A stretch of DNA of 42,653 bases from a virus (IMGVR_UViG_3300002059_000001:1-42653); one strand, 5' to 3'. Shown: positions 7,417-16,478, counted from the stretch's first letter. Translations and numbers: made by a program. The notes: a model not told the origin generated them from the sequence alone.

Positions 7417-8087
7417 TGTCTAAACAGTTCCACAGTTCCAAGCTCGAGCTTAAAGTCGACGACGACGGCGTCGGCGAGTTCGAAGGTTACGCCGCGAAGT
7501 TTGGCGAGGTAGACCTCGGAGGAGATACTATCGTCGCCGGCGCGTTTAAGAAGACAATCGCCGACGCCGCAAAGCAGGGGAGAATTATTCCGTTCCTTAA
7601 CATGCACGATCAAAGCGACGTTATGGGCGGCTTCCATGAAATGAAGGAGGATAATTACGGCTTATTCGTTAAAGGCCGCATTATTCCGGATCTCTCGGCC
7701 GCCGCGACGAAGACCTATAGGCTTCTTAAGTCGGGCCTCTCGACCGCTCTGTCTATTGGATATCGAGTTCCCGAAGGAGGGGCTTCCAAAAAAGACGGGA
7801 TTCGAACTATTAAAGAACTCATGCTCTACGAGGTTTCGTATGTCGGCGTCGGGATGGATCCCTTCGCGCGCGTTACGGCGACGAAGAGCATAACAGATAT
7901 TCGCGCCAAGCTCGCGGCCGGGGACCGGCTCACAGTTCGCGAATGGGAGGTCGTTCTTAAAGGGATGAACCTCACAAACTCAGAGGCCGAGCGCGCAGTT
8001 CGGGTTAATCTGAAAACAGGCGGGGGGGATCCTCGCAACTCTAAAGACGACGAAGTTCTATCGGAGCTTAAGCGTTTAATTAACTAG
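7416..8087 (+). CDS. prohead serine protease (HK97 / S78 family)
   Basis: FEGYAAKFGEVDLGGDTIVAGAFKKT, the NMHD His motif and the LSIGYR Ser motif. TAATG overlap with the portal gene. Confidence 0.9.
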   Translation: MSKQFHSSKLELKVDDDGVGEFEGYAAKFGEVDLGGDTIVAGAFKKTIADAAKQGRIIPFLNMHDQSDVMGGFHEMKEDNYGLFVKGRIIPDLSAAATKTYRLLKSGLSTALSIGYRVPEGGASKKDGIRTIKELMLYEVSYVGVGMDPFARVTATKSITDIRAKLAAGDRLTVREWEVVLKGMNLTNSEAERAVRVNLKTGGGDPRNSKDDEVLSELKRLIN

Positions 8088-8126
8088 GGTATAGGAACCC
8101 GCTCACTTTTGAAAAGGAGACATGAT

Positions 8127-9506
8127 ATGTCCCGCAAATTCCTACTTTCGGCTTCGGCCGCTATTTTGTTCTCGGCCGCTATGTTTGCGCCGGCGACAGC
8201 TTCCACCGCTCCCGAGCTCGCCGTTACGTTTAACGTCGACGGTCTCGTTAAAGGCGTCGCGCGCCTATACGACGCTCCCACTCTCGAATTGAAAGACGGC
8301 GAAGACGGCGAAACAAAGACCGGCGCAGAACTCGCGAACGAGATTAAGACCGCTCTCGACAAGTCTGTCGACGAAGTAAAAGAGCTCGCTCAAAAAGCTG
8401 TCGCTATGGCGGAGAGCGGCGAGAAGGCTCGTAAGGGCGAGACTGAAAAAGTCGACAACGCTGTTAAAACTATGAACGAACTTAAGACCGCGTTCGACGC
8501 ATTCCAACAAAAGATGGAACGCGACGGATCCGAAGAGAAGACGTTCAAAACCGCCGGCGAGCGGTTTATCGACTCGGACGAGTTTAAGGCTTTGACGGAC
8601 GGAACGGTTACGCAAGGCCGGGTCGCCTCTGTCGGCATGAAGACGATTACGTCTCTAACGACCGACGCCGACGGCTCCGCCGGAGATCTTATCCGGACCG
8701 AGCGCGTTCAATCTCAAATGCCAACGCTCCCGGATCGTCGTATGACTGTCCGAGATCTTATCGCTCCGGGACAGACGAACTCGAACGCTATCGAGTATGT
8801 TCAAGAAACAGGCTTTACGAATAACGCCGACATGGTCGCGGAAGCGACGCTTAAGCCCGAGTCTTCTATGAAGTTCGATCTTAAGACGGCTCCGGTTCGT
8901 AAAATTGCACACTGGATGCTCGCTTCCGCCGAAGTCCTAAACGACGCTCCCGGCCTTCGGTCCATGATCGATTATCGTCTACGCTACGGCGTCGATTATA
9001 AGGAAGAGGCGCAACTCCTTAACGGCGACGGTACAGGACAGAACCTATTCGGGATCCGTCCACAGGCTACGGATTACGCCGCGGCCTTCGCTGTCGACGC
9101 CGAGACCGAGATCGATAAGGTCCGCCTTGCTATCTTGCAAGCTGTCCTCGCCGAATATCCAGCGACCGGGATCGTTATTCATCCTACAGATTGGGCGAAG
9201 ATCGAAACCACGAAGGACACACAGGGTCGCTACATTATCGGCAATCCGCAGGGGACACTCTCTCCGACATTGTGGAGCCTTCCTGTCGTCGCCACTCAGG
9301 CGATGGAAGTCGATAAGTTCCTCGTCGGCGCGTTCCGTCAAGGCGCGCAGGTCTTCGACCGTATGGCGTCTACGGTTATGGTCTCGACCGAGGACTCCGA
9401 TAACTTCCGGAAGAACCTCGTAACGATCCTCGCCGAATCTCGGTTGGCTCTTACGGTTTATCGTCCGGAAGCCTTCGTCGAAGGCGACTTCGGAAACGTC
9501 GCTTAA
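8127..9506 (+). CDS. major capsid protein (HK97 fold) with N-terminal prodomain
   Basis: The ATG at 8127 lies 6 nt after AAGGAGA; the track start at 8109 is an in-frame TTG. A coiled-coil delta-like region is followed by capsid-type sequence (..LLNGDGTGQNLFGI.., ..HPTDWAKIE..). Confidence 0.92.
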   Translation: MSRKFLLSASAAILFSAAMFAPATASTAPELAVTFNVDGLVKGVARLYDAPTLELKDGEDGETKTGAELANEIKTALDKSVDEVKELAQKAVAMAESGEKARKGETEKVDNAVKTMNELKTAFDAFQQKMERDGSEEKTFKTAGERFIDSDEFKALTDGTVTQGRVASVGMKTITSLTTDADGSAGDLIRTERVQSQMPTLPDRRMTVRDLIAPGQTNSNAIEYVQETGFTNNADMVAEATLKPESSMKFDLKTAPVRKIAHWMLASAEVLNDAPGLRSMIDYRLRYGVDYKEEAQLLNGDGTGQNLFGIRPQATDYAAAFAVDAETEIDKVRLAILQAVLAEYPATGIVIHPTDWAKIETTKDTQGRYIIGNPQGTLSPTLWSLPVVATQAMEVDKFLVGAFRQGAQVFDRMASTVMVSTEDSDNFRKNLVTILAESRLALTVYRPEAFVEGDFGNVA

Positions 9507-9531
9507 GCGGCCTCCCGAAGGTAAAATATCG

Positions 9532-9557
9532 AGCGGGGGCTACGGCTCCCGCTTTTT
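9532..9557 (+). terminator. Rho-independent terminator after the capsid gene
   Basis: agcgggggc / gctcccgct forms a 9-bp stem (one G-U pair) with a tacg loop, followed by TTTTT. Confidence 0.8.
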
Positions 9558-9580
9558 GCTAACAACACTAAGGAAAGACC

Positions 9581-9976
9581 ATGTCAGAGAAGACCTATAT
9601 CGTTAAACGCTCCCACGGCCGCTATACCCCCGGCGACGAACGCAAAGCACGACCGAACGACGTCGCACATCTTGTTCCCCGCGTTCTAGCGGAGAAGGGA
9701 TCTAAGGAGGCCTCCGAGTTCCTCGAGGCTCGCAAGAAACGCGCGGCCGATATCGAAAAGAAGAATAAGGCCAAGGCCGCTCCCAAGGCGAAGGCTAAGT
9801 CGAAGACGGCTCCGAAGAAGGCGACCCCTGCAAAAAAGCCCAAGCCGTCGACGGGAAAGAAGCCGAACGGCTCCGCTCGACGGGCAAAGCCGAAGACGGC
9901 CGCACAGAAGGAAGCCGCGAACAAAGCTCGCCGCGACCGGTACGCAGCGCGGAAAGCGGCCGAGAGCAAAAAGTAA
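9581..9976 (+). CDS. highly basic Lys/Ala/Pro-rich protein (histone H1-like tail)
   Basis: The C-terminal half is KNKAKAAPKAKAKSKTAPKKATPAKKPKPSTGKKPNGSARRAKPKTAAQKEAANKARRDRYAARKAAESKK. The aggaaagacc SD sits directly before the ATG. Confidence 0.6.
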   Translation: MSEKTYIVKRSHGRYTPGDERKARPNDVAHLVPRVLAEKGSKEASEFLEARKKRAADIEKKNKAKAAPKAKAKSKTAPKKATPAKKPKPSTGKKPNGSARRAKPKTAAQKEAANKARRDRYAARKAAESKK

Positions 9977-10065
9977 AGACCGGAATGTTCGGGAGGCTCT
10001 TCTCCCGGAAGTCCAGTAAACCCAAATCCCGGCCTTCTCGCCGGAGATAATATCGGATTAAGAAT

Positions 10066-10587
10066 ATGAGCGTCTCTCTCGAAACCGCAAAACTACAACT
10101 CCGCGTCGACCATCCCGACGAGGACGCTCTTATTCAAACCATGATAGCCGCGGCCGCGCGGCGTATCGAGAACTATATCGGGATCCCTCTCGTCGCTCGA
10201 GACGAGAAGTTCTCCTTCGATTGCTTCTCCTCCTCGGGGCTCGAGCTTCACCTCCGGCCGGTTAACTCTGTCGATAATATCGCCTACGTCGATCAGGACG
10301 GCGAGAACCAGACCTTAGACGCTCACAGGGTCGTCAGGGAGAAGATCTATCCTCTCAGGGGGGAACACTTCCCGACAGCGCTATCCCCTTCTGAGATCGT
10401 CGTAACGGCTAACGTCGGCTATGAAGAAGACGACAATCCTATCCCGGAGACGATCTTACAAGCGCAGCTCCTCCTTCTGTCGCATTATTACACAAATCGA
10501 GAAGCGGTTATTACTGGAACAATCGCTTCGGATCTTCCGCTCGGCGTCGCGGATCTTCTCTCAGAGTTCCGGGATGAAATGGCTTAG
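10066..10587 (+). CDS. head-tail connector (gp6-like)
   Basis: The N-terminal LETAKLQLRVDHPDEDALIQTMIAAAARRIENYIG is the typical gp6-like connector opening. Position is after the capsid gene. Confidence 0.75.
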   Translation: MSVSLETAKLQLRVDHPDEDALIQTMIAAAARRIENYIGIPLVARDEKFSFDCFSSSGLELHLRPVNSVDNIAYVDQDGENQTLDAHRVVREKIYPLRGEHFPTALSPSEIVVTANVGYEEDDNPIPETILQAQLLLLSHYYTNREAVITGTIASDLPLGVADLLSEFRDEMA

Positions 10588-10589
10588 AT

Positions 10590-10931
10590 ATGGCTTCGGG
10601 CAAGTACGACAAAAGGATCTCGGTTATCGGGACAACATTCGACGAGGCGGCGGAAGACGCCTTCGGAGCCGGCGGAACCTCTAAGGCTCCGCCTTTTAAG
10701 TTATGGGCGGAGGTCTCTTATGGATCCGGCGGAGAGCGTCGCGTAGGGGCCGCACAAGAGCAAGCGAACCTCCCGGTTACTGTCATAGTCCGGAAGTCCA
10801 GTCTCTCGATACCTATCACTCCCGGTTCTCACAGTTTGCAATTTGACGCCTTAGAGTGGGATATCGAGAGCGTCGCGCCGAATAGCGGCCGGCCGAAGGA
10901 TCTAATCATTATCGCCCGAGCTCGGGTCTAA
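10590..10931 (+). CDS. head-tail adaptor / head closure protein
   Basis: 113 aa with the ..RISVI....D..G......LWAEVSYGSGGER.. pattern of SPP1 gp16/HK97 gp9-like adaptors. Gene order supports the call. Confidence 0.65.
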   Translation: MASGKYDKRISVIGTTFDEAAEDAFGAGGTSKAPPFKLWAEVSYGSGGERRVGAAQEQANLPVTVIVRKSSLSIPITPGSHSLQFDALEWDIESVAPNSGRPKDLIIIARARV

Positions 10932-10941
10932 GAGGTACGAC

Positions 10942-11223
10942 ATGAAGGTTAAAACTAAAAAGGTTCACGAGAACGGGTACGGAGCGACTTACAAAAAAAA
11001 GAAGGGTTCCGTTTACGAACACCCGGAGCCCTCCGCTTTAATTACACAAGGTTTCGTCGAAGAGGTCGAGAATGATAACGATGCAAGTCGAGACGAAGGG
11101 CTTCCGGGAAATGGAGGAGCTTCTATTCCAGCTAAAAGGGTCGACGGCGAAAAACACGACCGCTCGAGCAATGATAGCGGCTCTGGAACCGGTAAAGCTA
11201 AAAGCAAGAACGCTCGCTCCTAG
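10942..11223 (+). CDS. hypothetical small protein; its 3' part overlaps the next gene by 152 nt
   Basis: AAGAGGT SD upstream of the ATG at 10942. Contains an A8 run at 10993-11000. The C-terminal third is out of frame over the gp10-like gene. Confidence 0.4.
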   Translation: MKVKTKKVHENGYGATYKKKKGSVYEHPEPSALITQGFVEEVENDNDASRDEGLPGNGGASIPAKRVDGEKHDRSSNDSGSGTGKAKSKNARS

Positions 11224-11527
11224 GGAGTACGGCGGCCTTCACGACGGGATCTTAATCTCTCGCCGCGCGACGAAGAAGAAGGCTTTATCTAAAAGCGACC
11301 TCGAGGTCTTTTGTGGACCTCGAAAGGAACTAAGACAGGCGGTCCCGCAAGAGTTCGGAACCGTCAAACATGGACCCTCTCCCTATATGCGTCCCGCTTG
11401 GGACTCGGAGAAGTATAACGTCCTAACGGCTTTCGGGTTCTTGCTCGAAGAGAATATCGAGAAGTCGATAGGACGACAACAACGGCGAGCGGCTCGAGAA
11501 GCGGCTAAATTGAAACGAGGCGGATAA
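11072..11527 (+). CDS. HK97 gp10-family tail-completion protein
   Basis: VETKGFREMEELL...LEPVKLKARTLAP...PQEFGTVKHGPSPYMRPAWD matches the gp10-family pattern. AGAGGT SD before the ATG at 11072, with an alternative ATG at 11081. This frame is closed upstream by a TAA at 11039. Confidence 0.75.
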   Translation: MITMQVETKGFREMEELLFQLKGSTAKNTTARAMIAALEPVKLKARTLAPREYGGLHDGILISRRATKKKALSKSDLEVFCGPRKELRQAVPQEFGTVKHGPSPYMRPAWDSEKYNVLTAFGFLLEENIEKSIGRQQRRAAREAAKLKRGG

Positions 11528-11988
11528 TGGAAGAGGCTCTTATAAAGCGGCTCCGCGCGAAGGAAGGCCTCGCGTCGATCCTCGGTCGCCGTAAAGGGTC
11601 CGAGACCGGCCGGCCGTTAATCGATCTATCGGCTCGGCCTGTAGATGATAAGACGCTTCCGGCCGTGGTTATCTACAAAGTCTCTCCCGGTGTCGATTAC
11701 GATCAAGAGACCCGAGACAGCCTCGAGGGGCCGCGCGTTCAATTCTCGATTATTGGGAAGACCTACGCGGAGTGTAAGTTAATCTCTCGACAGCTCGAGA
11801 AGATCCTCGAGCAACCCGAGACGATCCAGCTCTTCGAAGCAGATACACTTGTCGCGACTGTCGAGTTCGTCCGAGGCTTCCTCGACGCAGAGAGAGATCT
11901 AAACGCGAAAGACTTACCCGGCGGCGAGACGGAGTTCCTTCTCGGCGTCGACTTTATTCTATGGTTCCGGCGGTCGGAACCTGCTTAA
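11527..11988 (+). CDS. tail terminator-like protein (DUF3168-like)
   Basis: TAATG overlap. 153 aa. Lies immediately before the major tail gene. Confidence 0.55.
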   Translation: MEEALIKRLRAKEGLASILGRRKGSETGRPLIDLSARPVDDKTLPAVVIYKVSPGVDYDQETRDSLEGPRVQFSIIGKTYAECKLISRQLEKILEQPETIQLFEADTLVATVEFVRGFLDAERDLNAKDLPGGETEFLLGVDFILWFRRSEPA

Positions 11989-12015
11989 CCCGTCCACTTC
12001 ATAAGGAGACATATC

Positions 12016-12447
12016 ATGTCCACAATCGACGGTATCTTAGGAGGTGGGAACGAGATCCACCTCTCCGACAGCGCGGGGGTTCTTACGAAGATCCTCGGCG
12101 TTAAAACTGTAAACCTACCGAACCCCACGGTCTCGGACGTCGATACGACGGACCAAGATTCGGGATCGGTCGAACATTCGGCTCCCGGTATGGTTTCCCC
12201 CGGAACGTTCTCCTTCGTTATGAAGTACGTCCCCGGATCGGCTTCTGCGACTTTAATCGAAGAACACCTCGCCGCTCGTGCGAAGCGGCCTTTTAAGATC
12301 GTGAAGACCGGCGTTACTCCTAACCGACAAACGACCGGAACGATCCACCTTAACTCCTTCGCGAAAGATACGGCTAACACTCCGGATCTTTGGACTGCGA
12401 CCGTAACCGGCAAGATCTCAGGTCTTCCAACGCAAGCGGACGTCTAG
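12016..12447 (+). CDS. major tail protein
   Basis: AAGGAGA SD. 143 aa. Located directly upstream of the chaperone pair and the tape measure. Confidence 0.75.
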   Translation: MSTIDGILGGGNEIHLSDSAGVLTKILGVKTVNLPNPTVSDVDTTDQDSGSVEHSAPGMVSPGTFSFVMKYVPGSASATLIEEHLAARAKRPFKIVKTGVTPNRQTTGTIHLNSFAKDTANTPDLWTATVTGKISGLPTQADV

Positions 12448-12449
12448 TC

Positions 12450-12761
12450 GTGAAGGAATATCAGCTCGGGAAATATACGCTCGTTTATGACATGAACGCG
12501 CTATGTGAAGCAGAGGAGAAGGTCGGACCTCTCGGCCTCCTCCTCTCAGACACCGCGGCCGCCGGTTCCCTTAAGACGATCCGGTCTCTTCTATGGGCCG
12601 GCCTTCTTCGGAACCATAAGGTAACGCTCGAGGAAGCGGGACAGATTGCCGACGAGCTCGGTATAGCCGAAGCGTCCGCCGGCGTGAAAGCCGCAATCCT
12701 AAAAGCCTACGGGACGGACACGTCCGGAGAAGAAGGGTCGGGAAAGCCGACCCCGGAGTAG
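12450..12761 (+). CDS. tail assembly chaperone (G-like, GTA g10-like)
   Basis: The GTG at 12450 follows the major tail stop. Product begins VKEYQLGKYTLVYDMNALCEAEE... and has an acidic C-terminus. A slippery heptamer lies near its 3' end. Confidence 0.7.
   Translation: MKEYQLGKYTLVYDMNALCEAEEKVGPLGLLLSDTAAAGSLKTIRSLLWAGLLRNHKVTLEEAGQIADELGIAEASAGVKAAILKAYGTDTSGEEGSGKPTPE
12740..12746 (+). promoter_or_regulatory. -1 programmed ribosomal frameshift heptamer G_GGA_AAG
   Basis: In the zero frame of 12450..12761 the codons read tcG GGA AAG. The -1 frame is open from here through 13090. Confidence 0.7.
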
Positions 12762-13090
12762 GAACGAACTATCCGGCGTTGCTCAAAGAATGGGCAGCGT
12801 CGGGCCTACCTCCGGAAGAGTTCTACGTTCAAACTCCCCGAACATATAACGCGATAATGGCCGGCGTCGTCGAACGCGCTCGAGCTCTTCGTAACCATAG
12901 GGTCGAGACCGCATGGAGAACGGCGAACTTCGTCCTCGCCGGCGACAAGCTCCCCGAGTTAAATAAATTCCTAATAGATCCCCGCTCCGGAGAGGCCGTC
13001 GACAATTCGCCGTCTTCCGAGACATATATCGATCCAGATCCAGCGCTCGACGCATGGTTTACAGTTATTGAAAGTCTTAACGGAGATTAG
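12746..13090 (+). CDS. frameshift extension (T-like part) of the tail assembly chaperone; GT-like fusion = 12450..12746 + 12746..13090
   Basis: The track ORF 12779..13090 has only a TTG start and no SD. Its frame is -1 relative to the upstream chaperone and is open back through the slippery site. Confidence 0.65.
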   Translation, partial: ADPGVGTNYPALLKEWAASGLPPEEFYVQTPRTYNAIMAGVVERARALRNHRVETAWRTANFVLAGDKLPELNKFLIDPRSGEAVDNSPSSETYIDPDPALDAWFTVIESLNGD

Positions 13091-13092
13091 GC

Positions 13093-15879
13093 ATGTCGTC
13101 AGGTTCGGCTATTATCGGCGCTCTGAGAGTTGTTTTCGGGGCCGATACGGCCGCCTTCGAGAAGGGCGTCGACAAGGTCGAGCGCGAAGCGAAGAAGATC
13201 GAGAAGCGGCTCGTTAAGCTAGGGAAGAAGTTTACCGACGTCGGGAAGAAAATGTCCGTCGGGATTACGGCTCCTCTCCTCGCTATCGGCGTCGCCTCCA
13301 TAAAAACCGCCGCTTCCATGCAAGAGCTCGAGAGCGCGTTCGACGTTACTTTTAAGGGAGCTTCCTCGAGCGTTCGTAAATGGGCGGAAGAGACAGGGGA
13401 TCTCCTCGGCCGTTCGACGAAAGAGATCCAGACCTCGGCCGTCGCGTTTCAGTCTCTATTCGGGAAGGCTCTCGACCCGGCGCAAGCGACGGAGCTCACA
13501 AAGCAATTTACAGTTTTAACGCAAGATCTCGCGTCCTTTAAGGATCTGTCGAACGAGGTCGCGCAGCAAAAGCTATTCTCTGGTCTAACCGGCGAAGCGG
13601 AACCTCTTAAGTCTGTCGGCGTGTTTATAAACGCCGCGGCGACAGAAGCGAAAGCTCTCGAGCTCGGCCTCGTTAAGGTAAACGGGAAGTTCACAGATCA
13701 GCAGAAGATCCTCGCTCGAGCGGCTCTTATTCAAGAGCAACTCGCCGAAGCGAACGGCGACGTCGTTAAAACGTTCGACAGCACGACGAACCAGCTTAAG
13801 AGATCCGGAGCGGCCTTCGAGGAGCTCCGCGTCGTTATCGGGACACAGCTTCTCCCGGTTATCACTCCGCTAATTGAAAAAGTCGCCGACGCTCTTACGG
13901 CGTTCTCTAATCTCCCGGAGCCGATTGTTAATACGATCCTCGTCGTCGGCGGATTGGCCGCCGCTCTCGGTCCAGTTATTGCGACCGTGGGGACGGTTAT
14001 AACTCTTTTCGCTCCATTAACGGCCGGCCTCGTCGCAGTAACGGGAGCGACGACAGCGTTCGGCGCGGCTATGACTATAGCTCTCGGACCAATAGGTCTC
14101 GTCGTCGCCGCTCTCGGCCTTCTATACATGGCCTATCGGACTCTATCCCCGGCGATAAAAGACAATAAGGAAGCTCGAGACGAGCTATATTCTTTAATCT
14201 CTCAGAACGAAGAGCTCGGGAAAAGGGAGAAGGCCTCCACCCTCGAGCAAGCTCGGGCGAACCTCGAGGACGCGAAGTCTATCAGGGAGCGAATTAAAGC
14301 TCGTTTAGAGGAGCAAGAGATCCTCCTTAAGAAACAGATTAAAGGCTTCGTCGCCGTAAATGCTACTCCGCAGGGGAAGGCTCTCGGAAAAATAACCGGG
14401 ACGAACAAAAGAATTACGGCGAACATAGAGAAGACGGCCGCCGCTATCCGCGCCTCTCGTGAAGCGTTAGAGGAAAACTCTTCCGCTATCGAAGGCGTCG
14501 AGGCGAACCTAGCAAAGCTAGGACAGGAATCCGTCGTCGCCGGCGCGAAGACCGCGGCTCTTCGGAAGGAGCAAGCCTCCGCGACAAAGACAGCGAAGGA
14601 ATTAGAGAAGGCCGCTAAGAAGCTCGCCGAAGCTCACTCGAAGACCGCCGCCGGCGCGAAACAGGAAATCGAGGAGAACGCACGATTAACGGCCGCCCTA
14701 AAGATCTCGAGGGAAGAGTACAACATAACCGCCGAGGAGATCCGTCTCGTAGAGGCCGGGTATCGCGGGACGAAAGAACAAGTCCGCGCTCTCGCCGAGG
14801 AGCTCGTCGCAAGCCGAACGGCTATGGACGAAGTCTCCGAAGCTCGGAAACAGTCTATCGCGGACGAGGAGGAAGCGCAGCGCGCGCTACAGAAGACGGC
14901 CGAGGACAAGGCCGCGGCTCTCGAGAGAGCGGCGGAGGATCATACTCGGACCGTAGAATCAATCCAAAAAGAGATAGAGAATAACCGACTTCTTACCGAG
15001 GCTATGCAGATCTCGACAAGAGAGTACGAGATACAAGTCGAAGTCCTCCGCTCTCTCGAAAGTGGCTTTAACGGATCCGCTCTCGAGGCTCGGGCATTGG
15101 CCGAAGAGTTGTTAAATACTCGGGACGCTTTGAAGGAAATTACAGAGGAAACGGAGAAGGCCGAGGCCGCGCAAAATAAATTGAACAGCTCGACGTCCTC
15201 GAGTGATAACTCCGGATTTAAGTTCGCAGAGGACGAGGCGTTTTTAGAGGACTTCACTAACACACTTAACTCCGCCACAGATACGCTCGAGGCGTTTAAG
15301 GATAAAGACTTCGGCTCTGTTTTTTCAGGTGTTGGGGAAAGTATCTTCGCCGCGTTTGGGAAGGCCGGCGATGCTATAGACGAGAACGGGAAGAAGGCCT
15401 TAGAAACTTTACAGGCGATAGGAACACAGTTCGGTGCTCTCCTAGAGTCTATAAAGAGCGGCGACTGGTTAGATATTTTAACTGAAGGTTTAGGCTTATT
15501 GGGTTCTTTTTTTGGTAAGTCTGGCGGCGGTTTTGGAGCTGGAGAAGGAACTGGTTTCGGCGACATATTAGCAGGTTTCGGCGGTCTTTTTGGAGGCGGG
15601 AAAGCAAAAGGCGGCCCGGTCGCCGCCGGAGTGACCTATCTCGTCGGGGAGAAGGGGCCGGAACTATTCACTCCTCCGGGGAACGGAAATATCGTACCGA
15701 ACGACAAACTCGGCGGAGGGATGGTTAAAGTCGTCGTCGAGGCGAACGATTACTTCGACGCTCGGGTCGACGAGCGCGCGGCCGGTGTTGCCGAACCTGT
15801 CGCGCAGGTCGCGGCGACACAAGGGATCCAACAATACAACACGGCCGGACGCCGGCGTAATAAGCAGAGGCTCGCATAA
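13093..15879 (+). CDS. tape measure protein (928 aa)
   Basis: Long coiled-coil-rich protein with a central hydrophobic Gly/Ala block (ILVVGGLAAALGPVIATVG...) and a Gly-rich C-terminus. Lies after the chaperone pair. Confidence 0.9.
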   Translation: MSSGSAIIGALRVVFGADTAAFEKGVDKVEREAKKIEKRLVKLGKKFTDVGKKMSVGITAPLLAIGVASIKTAASMQELESAFDVTFKGASSSVRKWAEETGDLLGRSTKEIQTSAVAFQSLFGKALDPAQATELTKQFTVLTQDLASFKDLSNEVAQQKLFSGLTGEAEPLKSVGVFINAAATEAKALELGLVKVNGKFTDQQKILARAALIQEQLAEANGDVVKTFDSTTNQLKRSGAAFEELRVVIGTQLLPVITPLIEKVADALTAFSNLPEPIVNTILVVGGLAAALGPVIATVGTVITLFAPLTAGLVAVTGATTAFGAAMTIALGPIGLVVAALGLLYMAYRTLSPAIKDNKEARDELYSLISQNEELGKREKASTLEQARANLEDAKSIRERIKARLEEQEILLKKQIKGFVAVNATPQGKALGKITGTNKRITANIEKTAAAIRASREALEENSSAIEGVEANLAKLGQESVVAGAKTAALRKEQASATKTAKELEKAAKKLAEAHSKTAAGAKQEIEENARLTAALKISREEYNITAEEIRLVEAGYRGTKEQVRALAEELVASRTAMDEVSEARKQSIADEEEAQRALQKTAEDKAAALERAAEDHTRTVESIQKEIENNRLLTEAMQISTREYEIQVEVLRSLESGFNGSALEARALAEELLNTRDALKEITEETEKAEAAQNKLNSSTSSSDNSGFKFAEDEAFLEDFTNTLNSATDTLEAFKDKDFGSVFSGVGESIFAAFGKAGDAIDENGKKALETLQAIGTQFGALLESIKSGDWLDILTEGLGLLGSFFGKSGGGFGAGEGTGFGDILAGFGGLFGGGKAKGGPVAAGVTYLVGEKGPELFTPPGNGNIVPNDKLGGGMVKVVVEANDYFDARVDERAAGVAEPVAQVAATQGIQQYNTAGRRRNKQRLA

Positions 15880-16478
15880 TGAAGATCTTACCGACAACAC
15901 CGGCCCCCTCGGCCGTAACACCTTCTTTAGTAGACTTCGGAAATACTTTAACGCCGGCTCTCGGCGGGTCCGAGCAACGGATTAACCGTCTCGGAAATAG
16001 GTTTCGGCTCTCCGTAACTATGCCGCCGATGCAGAATAAAGAACAAGGAATGAAGTTCGTTAACCGCCTAGTCCGCGGCCGCTCCGAAGGCTTAAGAATG
16101 AAGTTCCCTCTATCTGGATTTAATCCCGGAACTCCCGGCTCGCCGGCCGTCGACGGCGCTAATCACGCCGGCCGCCTTTTAGACGTCGCCGGCTTTACGC
16201 CCGGATATCAAATTAAGGAGGGACAGTTTTTCTCGATAGAGACCGACGGACAACACTATCTCTATATGATCGACGCGGATAACTCCTCCTCGACCGGCGC
16301 TCCGTATGGGGCGAACTTAGTTATCAATCCTATGCTAAGGATCCCTCCGAGCGATGGGGATATATGTCACTTCGCGCAGCCTATGATCGAAGGTTTAATC
16401 GAGGGATCCGAGACACAATGGAATTATGCTCTCGACTATAACGTCGGGATAGAGTTCACAATTAAGGAGCGGAGATAA
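15879..16478 (+). CDS. distal tail protein-position gene
   Basis: TAATG overlap with the tape measure gene. 199 aa. The call rests on position. Confidence 0.55.
   Translation: MKILPTTPAPSAVTPSLVDFGNTLTPALGGSEQRINRLGNRFRLSVTMPPMQNKEQGMKFVNRLVRGRSEGLRMKFPLSGFNPGTPGSPAVDGANHAGRLLDVAGFTPGYQIKEGQFFSIETDGQHYLYMIDADNSSSTGAPYGANLVINPMLRIPPSDGDICHFAQPMIEGLIEGSETQWNYALDYNVGIEFTIKERR

Noticed and set aside
13731-15566. Antisense ORFs inside the tape measure gene (13731..14129, 14634..14909 and 14940..15566 at 208 aa).
   Set aside because: These are low-complexity mirror images of the Ala/Glu/Lys-rich coiled-coil coding sequence. The sense frame is a continuous 928-aa tape measure.
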